The notes beneath the pieces were generated by a model. The model made no database searches, was not told the DNA's origin, and worked only from the letters and a program-made list of their open reading frames with translations. Made by a program: the position numbers and the translations under genes. Source: Thermoanaerobaculia bacterium (GTDB lineage: Bacteria; Acidobacteriota; Thermoanaerobaculia; Multivoradales; UBA5704). From it: a stretch of 64,000 nucleotides of DNA. This document shows, piece after piece, positions 9,070 to 19,246 of this stretch (the stretch's first letter is position 1; each line of letters starts with the position of its first letter). The stretch is taken from assembly GCA_044226625.1 (NCBI GenBank), contig JBGAGQ010000002.1:1-64000 (forward strand). The letters are read 5' to 3'.

Positions 9070-11112
9070 ATGGGCGGCAGATCCTATCTCGATGCGGAGA
9101 CTTTCCTCGGGCGTACCTCGGGAGGCCCTTCCGGACCCCTTCGTCGCGCGGCGACCGGTCTGGTCGCCTTGGCCATAGTCGGCGCCCTCTATGGCGTCGC
9201 GCGGCCGGCCGAGCTGTCCCAGGCCGATCGAAACGCTCTCGCCCGTAGGTTCTCCTTCGTCGCAACGGAGCTCGCCTTGCCGCCCGGAGCCGGGCCGTTG
9301 CGCAACGTCCGGTCGGTACAGGCGAGCCTTCGGGGCCCCGTGTCCTGGGCGTCGGCGGTCGGTGCGGCGGTGGCGCTCGCCGACCTGGACGCCGACGGCT
9401 TGCCGAACGACCTGTGCACCGTCGATCCGCGCGTCGACCGGGTGATCGTCGAGCCGGTCCCCGGAACGGGCGCGCGCTATGCGCCGTTCTTCCTCGATCC
9501 CCTTACCCTGCCGTACGACGCGGCGACGATGGCGCCGATGGGTTGCCTCCCGGGCGATTTCAACGAGGACGGGCGCCGCGATCTGCTGGTCTATTACTGG
9601 AGCCGCCCGCCGATCGCTTTCCTGCGCCGGCCCGGTACCGTGGGCACGAGCGCGCTCGATCGCGAGCGCTTCGTGGCGGTCGAGGTGGCGCCCCCGGCGC
9701 AGCGAAGCGAGCGCTGGTACACGAACGCGCTCACCAGCGCGGATGTCGACGGCGACGGACACCTCGACTTGATCGTGGGGAACTATTTCGAGGACGGCAG
9801 CCGTCTTCTCGATCCGCGTGCCCCCGGAATGCAGCACCTGCACCAGTCGATGTCGCGCGCCGAAAACGGCGGCCGCGACCGCCTCCTCCTGTTCGCCGCG
9901 GGCGCCAGCGGCGACGTTCCGAGCATCGCCTACCGGGATGCGTCCGAGGCGATCCCCGAGAACGTGGCCAGGGGCTGGACGCTCGCCTTGGGCGCGGCGG
10001 ACATGGACGGCGACCTCCTGCCGGAAATCTACTTCGCGAACGACTTCGGCCCCGACCGGCTGCTGCGGAACCTCTCGACCCCCGGGCGGCCGCGCTTCGC
10101 GCTGCTCGAAGGGCGGAAGCACCTCACCACACCCAGCTCCAAAGTGCTCGGGCGCGATTCGTTCAAAGGGATGGGGCTGGATTTCGCCGACCTGAACGGC
10201 GACGGCCGGCCCGATTTTTTCGTCTCGAACATCGCCGCCGAGTTCGCTCTGCTCGAGAGTCATTTCGTTTGGATCTCTCGAGGCGACCTTTCCGCCGCGC
10301 GGGCGGAGATGGCGCGCGGGATCGCCCCCTACGAGGACGAGAGCGAGCCGCTCGGCCTGTCGCGAAGCGGTTGGGGATGGGACGCGCGATTCGCCGACTT
10401 CGACGACGACGGCGTTCCCGAGGCCGTCCAAGCGACCGGGTTTCTGGCCGGAGGGACCAACCGCTGGCCGGAGATGCACGAGACCGCGATGGCGAACGAC
10501 GAGCTGCTCGCGAACCCCCTCAATTGGCTCAACCTCCGTCCAGGGGACGACTTGTCGGGGCGTCTTCCGACGCCGTTCTTCGTCCGCGCGAAGTCCGGCC
10601 GTCACGCCGGCCGCTACTTCGACCTCTCGCGTGAGGTCGGCAACGGTGACATCCAGGTTTCGCGCGGCATCGCGATCGCCGACGTCGACGGCGACGGTCG
10701 CCTCGATTACGCGGTCGCGAACCAGTGGCAGCCGTCGCGGTTCTACCGCAACCAAGCGCCCGCGCCGGGCCGCTTCCTAGAGCTCGACCTCCTGCTGCCT
10801 CCAGCGGGCAAGAAGGGCCCGTCGACGGACGCGGTCGGTTCTCCCGCGATCGGCGCGCGCGTCACCGTCGAGCTGCCGGACGACCGAAGGTTGGTGTCCC
10901 AGGTCGACGGCGGCACCGGTCACTCGGGCAAGCGCGATCCGGAGGTCCATTTCGGTCTGGGCCGGATCCCGGCCGGCGTTTCTCTGCCGGTCGAGATCGT
11001 CTGGCGCGATCGGATGGGGAAGATCGCGAGCCGCCGGTTCGATCTGGCGCCGGGCCGGCACCGAATCGTCCTCGATCGGCGGGTCACGGCGGACGAGGAG
11101 GTCCTTCGATGA
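9070..11112 (+). CDS. CRTAC1/ASPIC-UnbV family FG-GAP repeat protein (enediyne-cluster UnbV-like)
   Basis: Multiple DxD/NxDG FG-GAP repeats, 'YFANDFGPDRL', 'SKVLGRDSFKGMG' and C-terminal ASPIC 'QVDGGTGHSGKRDPEVHFGLG'. Confidence 0.85.
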   Translation: MGGRSYLDAETFLGRTSGGPSGPLRRAATGLVALAIVGALYGVARPAELSQADRNALARRFSFVATELALPPGAGPLRNVRSVQASLRGPVSWASAVGAAVALADLDADGLPNDLCTVDPRVDRVIVEPVPGTGARYAPFFLDPLTLPYDAATMAPMGCLPGDFNEDGRRDLLVYYWSRPPIAFLRRPGTVGTSALDRERFVAVEVAPPAQRSERWYTNALTSADVDGDGHLDLIVGNYFEDGSRLLDPRAPGMQHLHQSMSRAENGGRDRLLLFAAGASGDVPSIAYRDASEAIPENVARGWTLALGAADMDGDLLPEIYFANDFGPDRLLRNLSTPGRPRFALLEGRKHLTTPSSKVLGRDSFKGMGLDFADLNGDGRPDFFVSNIAAEFALLESHFVWISRGDLSAARAEMARGIAPYEDESEPLGLSRSGWGWDARFADFDDDGVPEAVQATGFLAGGTNRWPEMHETAMANDELLANPLNWLNLRPGDDLSGRLPTPFFVRAKSGRHAGRYFDLSREVGNGDIQVSRGIAIADVDGDGRLDYAVANQWQPSRFYRNQAPAPGRFLELDLLLPPAGKKGPSTDAVGSPAIGARVTVELPDDRRLVSQVDGGTGHSGKRDPEVHFGLGRIPAGVSLPVEIVWRDRMGKIASRRFDLAPGRHRIVLDRRVTADEEVLR

Positions 11113-12047
11113 GTGGCCGCGCCCTGGCTCCCTCGGGCGGTTTCGACGCGCGCGACCTGCGCCTTCCCGCGCTGCGGCGCTTCGCTTTCGCGATCACGCT
11201 GCTCAACCTGGTGGGGCACCTCTATCTCGGTTTCGAGCCGTCGTACGCGCAGCCCCTCGTGGCGCTCGGCACCGCCTACTCGCTCGAGCTGCTGCTCGAA
11301 TGGGTCGACTCACGCGCCCGGCATCGCGCGCCGCGCTATGCCGGCGGTCCGGCCGCGCTGGCGAGCTTCCTGCTCCCCGCCCACATCAGCGCGCTCGCGG
11401 TCGCGATGCTCACCTACGCGAACGATCGGCTATGGCCGGTCATGTTCGCGTCGGCTCTCGCGATCGGCAGCAAACACGTTTTCCGTGTCATGACCGCTTC
11501 CGGACGGAGCGTCCACGTCTTCAACCCGTCGAACTTCGGGATCTCCGCGACGCTGCTCGCGATCCCTTCGGTCGGGATCTCTCAGCCCTATATGTTCACC
11601 GAGAACCTCGGGCCAGTGGGCGACGTCGTCCTGCCGATCGTCATGGTGACCGCGGGGAGCTTCCTGAACGTCCGGCTCACGAAGAAGGTGCCGCTGATCC
11701 TCTCCTGGCTCGTCGGCTTCGCCCTTCAGGCGATCGTCCGCACGGCTCTGGTCGGCCATGCGCTGCGCTCGGAGCTGATGCCCTTTACCGGCCTCGCCTT
11801 CCTCCTCTTTACCTTCTACATGATCACCGACCCGGCGACGACGCCGGCCTCGCCGAGCGGGCAGATCGCGTTCGGGCTCGCGGTCGCGGGTACTTACGCC
11901 GTGCTCGTCGTCTGCCACGTCGTGTTCGGGCTTTTCTTCGCCCTGTCGCTGGTCTGCGCCGGCCGGGGAATCCTGCTCTTCGTGCGGGCGCGGCTCGCGG
12001 AGCGGGACCGCGCGCGGGCGATCGAACCGGCGCTCGCGGCGCCTTAG
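11109..12047 (+). CDS. UnbU-like membrane protein (RnfD/NqrB-related fold)
   Basis: ATGA overlap with UnbV; 'LRRFAFAITLLNLVGH', 'HVFNPSNFGI', 'FTFYMITDPATTP'. Confidence 0.8.
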   Translation: MSGRALAPSGGFDARDLRLPALRRFAFAITLLNLVGHLYLGFEPSYAQPLVALGTAYSLELLLEWVDSRARHRAPRYAGGPAALASFLLPAHISALAVAMLTYANDRLWPVMFASALAIGSKHVFRVMTASGRSVHVFNPSNFGISATLLAIPSVGISQPYMFTENLGPVGDVVLPIVMVTAGSFLNVRLTKKVPLILSWLVGFALQAIVRTALVGHALRSELMPFTGLAFLLFTFYMITDPATTPASPSGQIAFGLAVAGTYAVLVVCHVVFGLFFALSLVCAGRGILLFVRARLAERDRARAIEPALAAP

Positions 12048-12445
12048 GATCCGCTTTCGAGGGAGGGTCGATCCGACCCTTGGCCGATCAGAAACGTCTC
12101 GGCCCCTACCACCTCCGGGTCGAGCGCGAACTCCCAGAGATCGAGCCCGCCGAAGAGCGCTTTGACGTTCTCCCATCCGGCCGCCTTCATGTGCCGCGCG
12201 CCGTCGATCGCGATCGAGCCGTCGTCGTCGAACAGGACCACTTCGCGATCGCGCGGCGGCTCCCACGCGGGCCCGGGGTAGGGGATCGCGCCGCGAAGCG
12301 TCCGGGCACTGGGCTCCGGACGGACGTCGATCAGGAGGGGAGCGTTACCGTCGGCGAGCCGGCGGAACACGTGATAGGGGGAGATCTCGAGCGCCGGATC
12401 GAAGTGGATGATCGGGGTCGAGTCGTCGAGGAGTTGCGCGGGCAC
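12044..12445 (-). CDS. Rhodanese-like domain protein (likely non-catalytic)
   Basis: 'LLIDVRP', 'GWENVKALFGGLDLW'. The active-site position reads 'VVLFDDDG', with no Cys. Confidence 0.75.
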   Translation of the reverse strand: MPAQLLDDSTPIIHFDPALEISPYHVFRRLADGNAPLLIDVRPEPSARTLRGAIPYPGPAWEPPRDREVVLFDDDGSIAIDGARHMKAAGWENVKALFGGLDLWEFALDPEVVGAETFLIGQGSDRPSLESGS

Positions 12446-12486
12446 GGGCGGATGCTAGCACCCGCCCGTGCCGCGGCTCGTGGGGC

Positions 12487-13728
12487 TCAGAGCAGCCGCG
12501 AGTCGTGGTCCGCCCAGACGAGACCGGACATCACCTTCGGCAGGAACCGGGTCGACTTGGGCGGCAGCATCTCGCCGTGCTCGATGGCCAACGCGAACGC
12601 GGCGGGTGTCATCGGGGGGAGCCAGATGCCGGTGCCGGCCTCGCCGTTTTCGACCATGCCCCAGAGGACGTCCGGATCGGAGCGATAGGTGGTCGTGCCG
12701 TCGATCGCCGCCGCCGGGGCGAGGCCGAGCGCCGGATAGACGATCTCGTGCAGCAGGACGACGGCGACGTGGCGCGCCCCGGGGGAGAGGCTCGCCGGGG
12801 CGCGCTCGGGGTCGAGGGTCCAGATCTCCGCCGGGCGCCCCTTCACCTTGAGGCCGATCGCCATGTCGCCGGCCGCCGCGACCGCCTGGGCGAACGCCGT
12901 GCCGGAGGAGGATTCAACGGTCTGCCGATTCGCGCCTTCGACGCCCGAGGTCCGGGCGATCGCGTCGAGGTCGATCGCCTGGCCCAACGCGCGGTGGATC
13001 GGGTCGATGGTCAGGGCGGGGGAGGAAAGGCTGGTGACGATCGCGAGCTTCGCGGAAGCCGCAGTTCCCGGCGTCGCCCCGTGCTCCCGGGCGAAATGAC
13101 CGGCGACCTTGTAACGATGGTGGCCGTCGGCGATCGCGGCCGGACCGGCGGTAGCCTCTCGGTAGAGGGCGATCCGCGCCGGGTCGTCCACCTTGAACAG
13201 AAGGTGGCGATGGCCGTCGGGATCGAGGTGGTCCACGAGCGGTGCTTGGCCCGCCACGTCCTCCGCGACCAGGGCGTCGAGGCGGCCGCCGTCCTCGGAA
13301 AGGAACAAGGCCGGCTCGAGGTCGACCCGGGTCGCCGCGAGGAGAGCGGTGCGATCGGCGATCGCCTTTTCGAGCGTCTGCTCGTGCGGGCGAATGGTCG
13401 CCGCGTCGGCGATCTCGACGAGAGCCGCGATGCCGAGCCGCCGGCCGCCCCCCGCGAGGTCGATGACGTAGGGGTAGATGGCCGGCTTCTCGTCGCGGAC
13501 GACGTGACCCTGGGCGATCCACGCGCCATGGAGCGCCGCGGCGTGATCGTACGGATTCTTTCCGTCGGCCTCGATCGGGCAGGTCAAGTGGACGAACTGG
13601 AACGGCGACTCCGCCTGGTAGCGGTCGCGAAGCGCCGGGTTGATCTGGTCGTACGGCAGCGCCGCGAGCGGGCCGGGGTCTCCGGCCGGGGCACCGTAGC
13701 GGAGCCCTGAAAAAGCGAATACGCGCAT
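12487..13728 (-). CDS. DUF1015 family protein
   Basis: 'LPYDQI', 'IRPHEQT', 'IADGHHRY', 'MLPPKSTRFLPKVMSGLV'. Confidence 0.9.
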   Translation of the reverse strand: MRVFAFSGLRYGAPAGDPGPLAALPYDQINPALRDRYQAESPFQFVHLTCPIEADGKNPYDHAAALHGAWIAQGHVVRDEKPAIYPYVIDLAGGGRRLGIAALVEIADAATIRPHEQTLEKAIADRTALLAATRVDLEPALFLSEDGGRLDALVAEDVAGQAPLVDHLDPDGHRHLLFKVDDPARIALYREATAGPAAIADGHHRYKVAGHFAREHGATPGTAASAKLAIVTSLSSPALTIDPIHRALGQAIDLDAIARTSGVEGANRQTVESSSGTAFAQAVAAAGDMAIGLKVKGRPAEIWTLDPERAPASLSPGARHVAVVLLHEIVYPALGLAPAAAIDGTTTYRSDPDVLWGMVENGEAGTGIWLPPMTPAAFALAIEHGEMLPPKSTRFLPKVMSGLVWADHDSRLL

Positions 13729-14046
13729 CTTGCCTCCGGTGGGAATGAATCGCAGAGAACGAAGATTCTAACCCGGGCCGGCGTCCCCCCATCCGTCTTC
13801 CGGCGCGAGGGAACGACCTCGATCCCGGAGCCGTACGAATCGACCGCCTTCGGCTCAGCGCTTGCATGAGCCGAGTCTCAAAAATTGCCGAGCCGGATCC
13901 CAGCGTAGAAGCGAGTCCCAAGAACTAGACGAAGAGCTAGCCCGAGACCAGATCGCGCCAAAAGATAGAATCATGGCGATAGTCAAAAAACGACAACTGC
14001 GCGGACAACTTTTGTCCACTGGCTGCCGATTCGCCCGGAGGTTTTG

Positions 14047-16062
14047 ATGCGGAATAGCCCGAACGCCCCCCTCCTCGCCCTTCTTGCCCTCGTCGTCGGA
14101 AGCGGCCTGCCGCTGCGCGCCGCCACCCCGATCTCCGTCGACCTCGCGGCGCCTACGCTCGGCGAGCGGATCGCGGCGGACAACGGAGCCGTGGCCGAGC
14201 TGTTCGCCTTCGAACGGTCCTTCGTCGAGCGGCTGGCGTCGGCCCCGGTCGAGCGCGAGCTCGCGGTCGCGGCGTTTCCGGTCGCCCCGGGGCTCCGCGC
14301 CGACGCGATCCTCACCCGGCACGAGGTCTACGCGCCGGACGCGAGGATTCTGCGCGTCGACGAGAACGGCACGAGCGAGGTACCGCGCTCGCGGTGGATC
14401 TTCTATTGGGGGAGCGTCGCGGCGGACGCCTCGACCCGCCTCTTCCTGTCCCTCGATCCCGACCGCGGCGAGGTGCGTGGATTCGCCACCGGGCCGAAGG
14501 GAACGTGGGATTTCGAGCCCTATACCAAGGCCGGCGCGGGACGGAGCCTGCTCGCGCCCCCGGAGTTCTTCCAGCCCGGGAAAGACGCGAGCGAACCGTC
14601 GTGGGCTTGCGGGGAAGAGGAAGGTCCGGGATTCCTTGCCTTCCCGCCGACGCCCTCGAAGACGGCGGGCTCGGCGGCCTCGATGGACGTCGAACCGGAC
14701 GCGATCACGACCCTTCACTCGATGACGTTGGCGGTCGATACCGACAACGAGTTCATGCTCAACAAGGCGAGCAACAACGCGACCACCGCGAACAACTACC
14801 TCGCGAGCCTGATCGGCGCGATGAGCGCGATCTACGAGCGCGACCTGCTCGTTCGGCTCCTCCAGGGGACGACGATCCTCCGCTTCTCGTCGACCGCCGA
14901 TCCCTACGCCCAGAACTCGAACGGCAACGCCTCGTCGGCCGAGCTCAACGAGTTCTCGAACTACTGGAGCGCGAACCAAGCCGGCGTCACGCGCGGCCTC
15001 GCGATGTTGATCTCGGGCAAGCAGCCGCAGAGCAACTCCGCCTCCGGGATCGCCTGGCTGAACGGACTGTGCAGCACGAGCATCGGCTATAGCTTCAGCA
15101 AGGTCTTCGGACCGGCGTTCGCGGTCTCGAACGACGCCAAGCTGGTGGGGCACGAGCTCGGACACAACTTCGGCTCGCCCCATACTCACTGCTACTCACC
15201 GCCGATCGACAACTGTTTCAACGGTGAGGGCGGCTGCTACGCCGGAGGCACCAGCTGCCCCGCAGCGACGACGATCAACGGCGTCACCAACGTCCGCGGC
15301 ACCATCATGAGCTACTGCCACCTGCTCGGCGGCTGCTCGTCGTCCTCGGTGTTCCATCCGACCTCGGTGGCGCTCATCGCGCCGCTGATCCAGAACCGGG
15401 TGAACGTCTGCATCTTCCCCGGCACGGGAGGGAGCGGTGGCACGGTGAGTGGGGTCTCGCCCCGCTCCGGCTCGGTGGTGGGAGGCACGCCCGTGACGAT
15501 CACCGGCTCGGGATTCCTCGCCGGGGCGACCGTGACCTTCGGCGGTACCGCGGCGACCGCCGTGGTCGTCGTCAATTCCTCGACCATCACGGCGGTCACG
15601 CCCGCGAAACCGACCGGCAAGGTGAGCGTCGCGGTGACGAATCCGGGAGGATCGCCGCTCACCCTGAACGACGCGTTCTTCTACATGCCGGTCGACGCGG
15701 CGCGGAGCTTCTTCACGGTGTCCCCCTGCCGGGTGCTCGACACGCGCACGACCGGCGGTGCGCTCGCCGGGACCTCGACGCGGTCGGTGCAGGTAACGGG
15801 GGCCTGCGGTATCCCCAGCACGGCCAAGGCGATTTCGGCGAACGTCTCGGTCGTGACCGCCGGCGGATCCGGGTTCTTCGGCGCGTTCCCGGGCAACGGC
15901 TTTCCGACCGGGACGACGATCATGAGCTTCGGGGCGGGGCAGACGCGGACCAACAACGCCGTGATCCTGCTTTCCACGGACGGCGCGGGGACGGCGCTGT
16001 TCCAGAACGGCGCTACTCAACCCGCGCATCTGGTGCTCGACGTGAACGGGTACTTCCAGTAG
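14047..16062 (+). CDS. Secreted M12/reprolysin-like zinc metalloprotease with IPT/TIG and C-terminal beta-rich domain
   Basis: Signal peptide; 'HELGHNFGSPH' (HExxHxxGxxH) and Met-turn 'GTIMSY'; IPT 'VSPRSGSVVGGTPVTITGSGF'; C-terminal 'VSPCRVLDTR...HLVLDVNGYFQ'. Confidence 0.9.
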   Translation: MRNSPNAPLLALLALVVGSGLPLRAATPISVDLAAPTLGERIAADNGAVAELFAFERSFVERLASAPVERELAVAAFPVAPGLRADAILTRHEVYAPDARILRVDENGTSEVPRSRWIFYWGSVAADASTRLFLSLDPDRGEVRGFATGPKGTWDFEPYTKAGAGRSLLAPPEFFQPGKDASEPSWACGEEEGPGFLAFPPTPSKTAGSAASMDVEPDAITTLHSMTLAVDTDNEFMLNKASNNATTANNYLASLIGAMSAIYERDLLVRLLQGTTILRFSSTADPYAQNSNGNASSAELNEFSNYWSANQAGVTRGLAMLISGKQPQSNSASGIAWLNGLCSTSIGYSFSKVFGPAFAVSNDAKLVGHELGHNFGSPHTHCYSPPIDNCFNGEGGCYAGGTSCPAATTINGVTNVRGTIMSYCHLLGGCSSSSVFHPTSVALIAPLIQNRVNVCIFPGTGGSGGTVSGVSPRSGSVVGGTPVTITGSGFLAGATVTFGGTAATAVVVVNSSTITAVTPAKPTGKVSVAVTNPGGSPLTLNDAFFYMPVDAARSFFTVSPCRVLDTRTTGGALAGTSTRSVQVTGACGIPSTAKAISANVSVVTAGGSGFFGAFPGNGFPTGTTIMSFGAGQTRTNNAVILLSTDGAGTALFQNGATQPAHLVLDVNGYFQ

Positions 16063-16134
16063 AGGGGGATCCCGCGGCTTGAATTCACTCGAGGGCGGTC
16101 CCATGGGCCGCCCTCGATCTGGTTCAAGGGGAGC

Positions 16135-17832
16135 TCAGCGATCGGTGACGGCGGCAATCGCCTGCTTGCGCGCCGCCTCGAACTCGTCGCCCGGGGTCCA
16201 GGTGGGCATCGCCTCTTGGTTGGCGATCGAGAGCGCCGACCAGAAACCGATCCGGGCGTCCTCGATCATGCCGTCGTAGTTCCAGTCGGCGGCGATCTCG
16301 TCGCTCGGCTGGTGGTAGGTGGTCTCCTCCCATTTCTCCTGAACTTCTTTGCCCCATCCTTCGGGCTTGCCGCGGAAGTTCCGTCCGGCATCCAGGTAGA
16401 TCGCGGGCACGCCGATCTTCGCGAAGCTGAACTGGTCGGAACGGTAGAAGAAACCGCGGTCCGGCGCCTGGTCGGGGAGGACCTCGCGTCCCTGCTCGGC
16501 GGCGAGCTGTTTGACCAGATCGTCGAGCGAGCTCTTACCGAGGCCGATATAGGTGATGTCCGTGGTGCGGCCCCAGATGTTGCCGCCGTCGAAGTTCACG
16601 TTCGCCGCGATCCGTCCGGGCGCGAAGGTCGGATGCTCGGCGTAATACTTCGAGCCGAGCAACCCCTGCTCCTCGGCCGCGACGAACGCGAACAGGATCG
16701 ACCGGCGCGGGCGCTCGGGAAGGCGCGCGAAGGCCTTGGCGATCGCCAGGATCTGGGCGCAGCCGGCGGCGTTGTCGACCGCGCCGTTGTAGATCGTGTC
16801 CCCCTCCTTGTCGGGCTCGCCGACGCCCAGATGGTCGTGATGGGCGGACAGAACCACGACCTCGCGGGCGAGCTTCGGATCACGGCCCGGGAGCAACCCG
16901 AGGACGTTGCCGGTCGAGGTCTTCTCCAGCTTGTTCTGGAGCACGAGAGAGGTGCGGCTCTTCAACGAGATCGGCCGAAAGTCGCGCCGCTGCGCATCCG
17001 CGATCATCTGGTCGAAATTGAGCCCGGCCGCGGAGACCAGCCGGCGCGTCGCCTCCTCGGTCGCCCAGGCCGCCACTTGGAGCCGTGGCTCGGCGCCCGC
17101 GGGGAGCTCGAACTGTTCGCCGGTCCAGGAGGTCTGGACGACCTGCCAGGGATAGCCGGCCGACGGGGTGGTGTGGACGATGATCGCCCCCGCCGCCCCC
17201 TGGCGGGCGGCGCTCTCGTATTTATAGTCCCAACGACCGTAGTAGAGGCGGCGTTTGCCGGCGAACAGGTCGTCGGAGTCCTGCGGATCGTTGTTGAGCA
17301 TCAGCAGGACCTTGCCCTTCAGGCTCATCCCCTTGAAGTCGTCCCAGCGATACTCCGGGGCCTGGATGCCGTAGCCCACGAAGACGATCTCGGCGTCCTT
17401 GAGCTCCGCCCGCTCCGCCTGGACGCCGGAGGTCGCGATGTAGTCGTCGCTGCGTTTCCACTCGACGTCGCGACTCCCCGTCGCGCTGCTGACCGAGAGG
17501 CGCCAGGTCGGGGGCATCTCGGCGGTATTGCCGACGATCTCGAAGGTCTGCTGCCATCCGCCGTCGGGACCTCCGGGTTTGAGGCCCAGGGCTTCGAGCT
17601 CGCTCGCCAGGTAGAGCCGCGCGAGCTGGTCGCCGCGGCTCGACGGTCCGCGGCCTTCGAGCGCGTCGGAGGCGAGGAAACGGATCGGCGCGGCGAGGCT
17701 CGCGGCGTCGATGGTCAAGGCGGCCTGCTCCGCGTTCGAGGGCAGGGCGAGGTCGGCGGAGCTCGCCGCGACGGCTGAAACGAACAAAGCGAGGATGGCA
17801 ATGCCTGGGGTCAGGCGTCGGGATCGCTGCAT
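16135..17832 (-). CDS. Secreted M28 family peptidase with PA domain
   Basis: AAGGAG RBS before ATG 17832; 'LASDALEGRG', 'SAHHDHLG', 'NGAVDNAAG', 'AEEQGLLGS', 'RSDQFSF', 'YHQPSD'. Confidence 0.92.
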   Translation of the reverse strand: MQRSRRLTPGIAILALFVSAVAASSADLALPSNAEQAALTIDAASLAAPIRFLASDALEGRGPSSRGDQLARLYLASELEALGLKPGGPDGGWQQTFEIVGNTAEMPPTWRLSVSSATGSRDVEWKRSDDYIATSGVQAERAELKDAEIVFVGYGIQAPEYRWDDFKGMSLKGKVLLMLNNDPQDSDDLFAGKRRLYYGRWDYKYESAARQGAAGAIIVHTTPSAGYPWQVVQTSWTGEQFELPAGAEPRLQVAAWATEEATRRLVSAAGLNFDQMIADAQRRDFRPISLKSRTSLVLQNKLEKTSTGNVLGLLPGRDPKLAREVVVLSAHHDHLGVGEPDKEGDTIYNGAVDNAAGCAQILAIAKAFARLPERPRRSILFAFVAAEEQGLLGSKYYAEHPTFAPGRIAANVNFDGGNIWGRTTDITYIGLGKSSLDDLVKQLAAEQGREVLPDQAPDRGFFYRSDQFSFAKIGVPAIYLDAGRNFRGKPEGWGKEVQEKWEETTYHQPSDEIAADWNYDGMIEDARIGFWSALSIANQEAMPTWTPGDEFEAARKQAIAAVTDR

Positions 17833-18034
17833 GGTCGACTCCTTTGAGGATGGGGGCGCGGAGGGGGGAACGACCGGGGCCAGGATGAGCATGATGCGGC
17901 CGCGACTGTAACAAATCGCCGGGACCGAGCGTTCGCGGGAGTGTTGCCCGGGAACCCCGCCCCGAGCTAAGTTGTCGCACGCCGTTGCCCTCTCTGAAAG
18001 CGGAGGTCCGACCTCTCTTGCGTGCGCTTCGAGA

Positions 18035-18832
18035 ATGAAGATCGAAACCGAGATCCGCGACGGCCTGGTGCTGAACTGGGCGCTGCCGAGCGAGACCTTG
18101 CCGGATCCGCCTCGGGGGCTCCGGTATCAGATCCAGACCGACGAAGGGCAAAACCGGGTTTTCGTCTCGGCGCTCCTGTTCCATCAGGAGCGGCTGCGCT
18201 GGTCGAGCCTCCCTCGCATGAGCTTCGCGTGGCCGCAGATGAATTTGAGGATCTGCGTGCTCGACGAGGAGGACGTTCCTTCGCTTCTGATGCGGCGGAT
18301 CTTCCTACCGCGCTGGGCCTATCCCGGAGCGCGGCTGTTCGCCGGACCGCCGGTTGCCTCCGCTCGGCTGGCGTTTCCGCGCCCCTCGGCTCGGGCGGAG
18401 ATCGGGGAGTGGACCTGGATCGCGGCGAGCAACCGGCGATTCGAGGTCAAGGCGTGCGTGGCGGCACCGGACGTCGGACCCGGCCCGCGACTCGGATCTT
18501 GGGAGCGGACCGTGCGTTACTTCCACGACCGGCCGCGCGCGTATACCGCCACGCCCGAAGGCCTGCGGCGCATCGCGTTGAAACCGCCAGCGGTCGAGGT
18601 CTGGCCGATGCGGGCCGTGGTCGGAGCGGCCGACCTCCTGGTGTCGAGCCTGGGGCTCGGCGCAACGGGCTTGCCCCCCGTGTACTCTTCCTGGTTGATC
18701 CCTGAGGCGCGCCTCTCGTTCGAGCTGGCTTTCACCCCGCGGCTCGCGGTTCCCGCGGGGGTGCCGCATCCGGCCGCGAGCCGCGCCGCGCTCCGCGAGT
18801 CGGTCCGAGAGGCGGCGCGCGAGCGGACCTGA
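18035..18832 (+). CDS. DUF2071-like hypothetical protein
   Basis: 'LVLNWALPSETLP', 'VFVSALLF', 'WPQMNLRICV' resemble the YqjF/DUF2071 family. Start is approximate. Confidence 0.55.
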   Translation: MKIETEIRDGLVLNWALPSETLPDPPRGLRYQIQTDEGQNRVFVSALLFHQERLRWSSLPRMSFAWPQMNLRICVLDEEDVPSLLMRRIFLPRWAYPGARLFAGPPVASARLAFPRPSARAEIGEWTWIAASNRRFEVKACVAAPDVGPGPRLGSWERTVRYFHDRPRAYTATPEGLRRIALKPPAVEVWPMRAVVGAADLLVSSLGLGATGLPPVYSSWLIPEARLSFELAFTPRLAVPAGVPHPAASRAALRESVREAARERT

Positions 18833-18859
18833 ACCAGGCTCGTTCGAATTGGAGATGCG

Positions 18860-19246
18860 ATGGCGATCGAGCGCGTACGAACCGGAGCGCCCTGGGAGTC
18901 GGTCGTCGGCTATTGCCGGGCGACTAGGGTCGGAAACCAGATTTTCGTCTCGGGGACGGCGCCGGTCGACGAGGACGGCTCGACGTTCGCGCCCGGGGAC
19001 GCCTATGCCCAGGCGAGGAAGTGTCTGGACATCGCCCTCGGCGCGATCGCGCGCCTCGGCGCCGATGCGTCTCACGTCGTGCGGACGCGGATGTTCGTCA
19101 CCGACATTTCGCGCTGGGAGGAGTACGGCCGCGCGCACGGCGAGATCTTCAGGAATCATCCGCCGGCGACCTCGATGGTCGAGGTGCGCCGCCTGATCGA
19201 TTCCGACATGTTGATCGAGATCGAGCTCGACGCGGTCCTGTCTTGA
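18860..19246 (+). CDS. RidA/YjgF family protein
   Basis: 'PWESVVGYCRA', 'VVRTRMFVTD', 'PATSMVEV...LIEIELDA'. Confidence 0.92.
   Translation: MAIERVRTGAPWESVVGYCRATRVGNQIFVSGTAPVDEDGSTFAPGDAYAQARKCLDIALGAIARLGADASHVVRTRMFVTDISRWEEYGRAHGEIFRNHPPATSMVEVRRLIDSDMLIEIELDAVLS

Noticed and set aside
5915-9265. 1116-aa extended M13 ORF, also 8155-10755 and 8587-11112 extensions
   Set aside because: Extensions overlap other real genes and precede clear signal peptides or starts (7972, ~9021, 9070); these are not true fusions.
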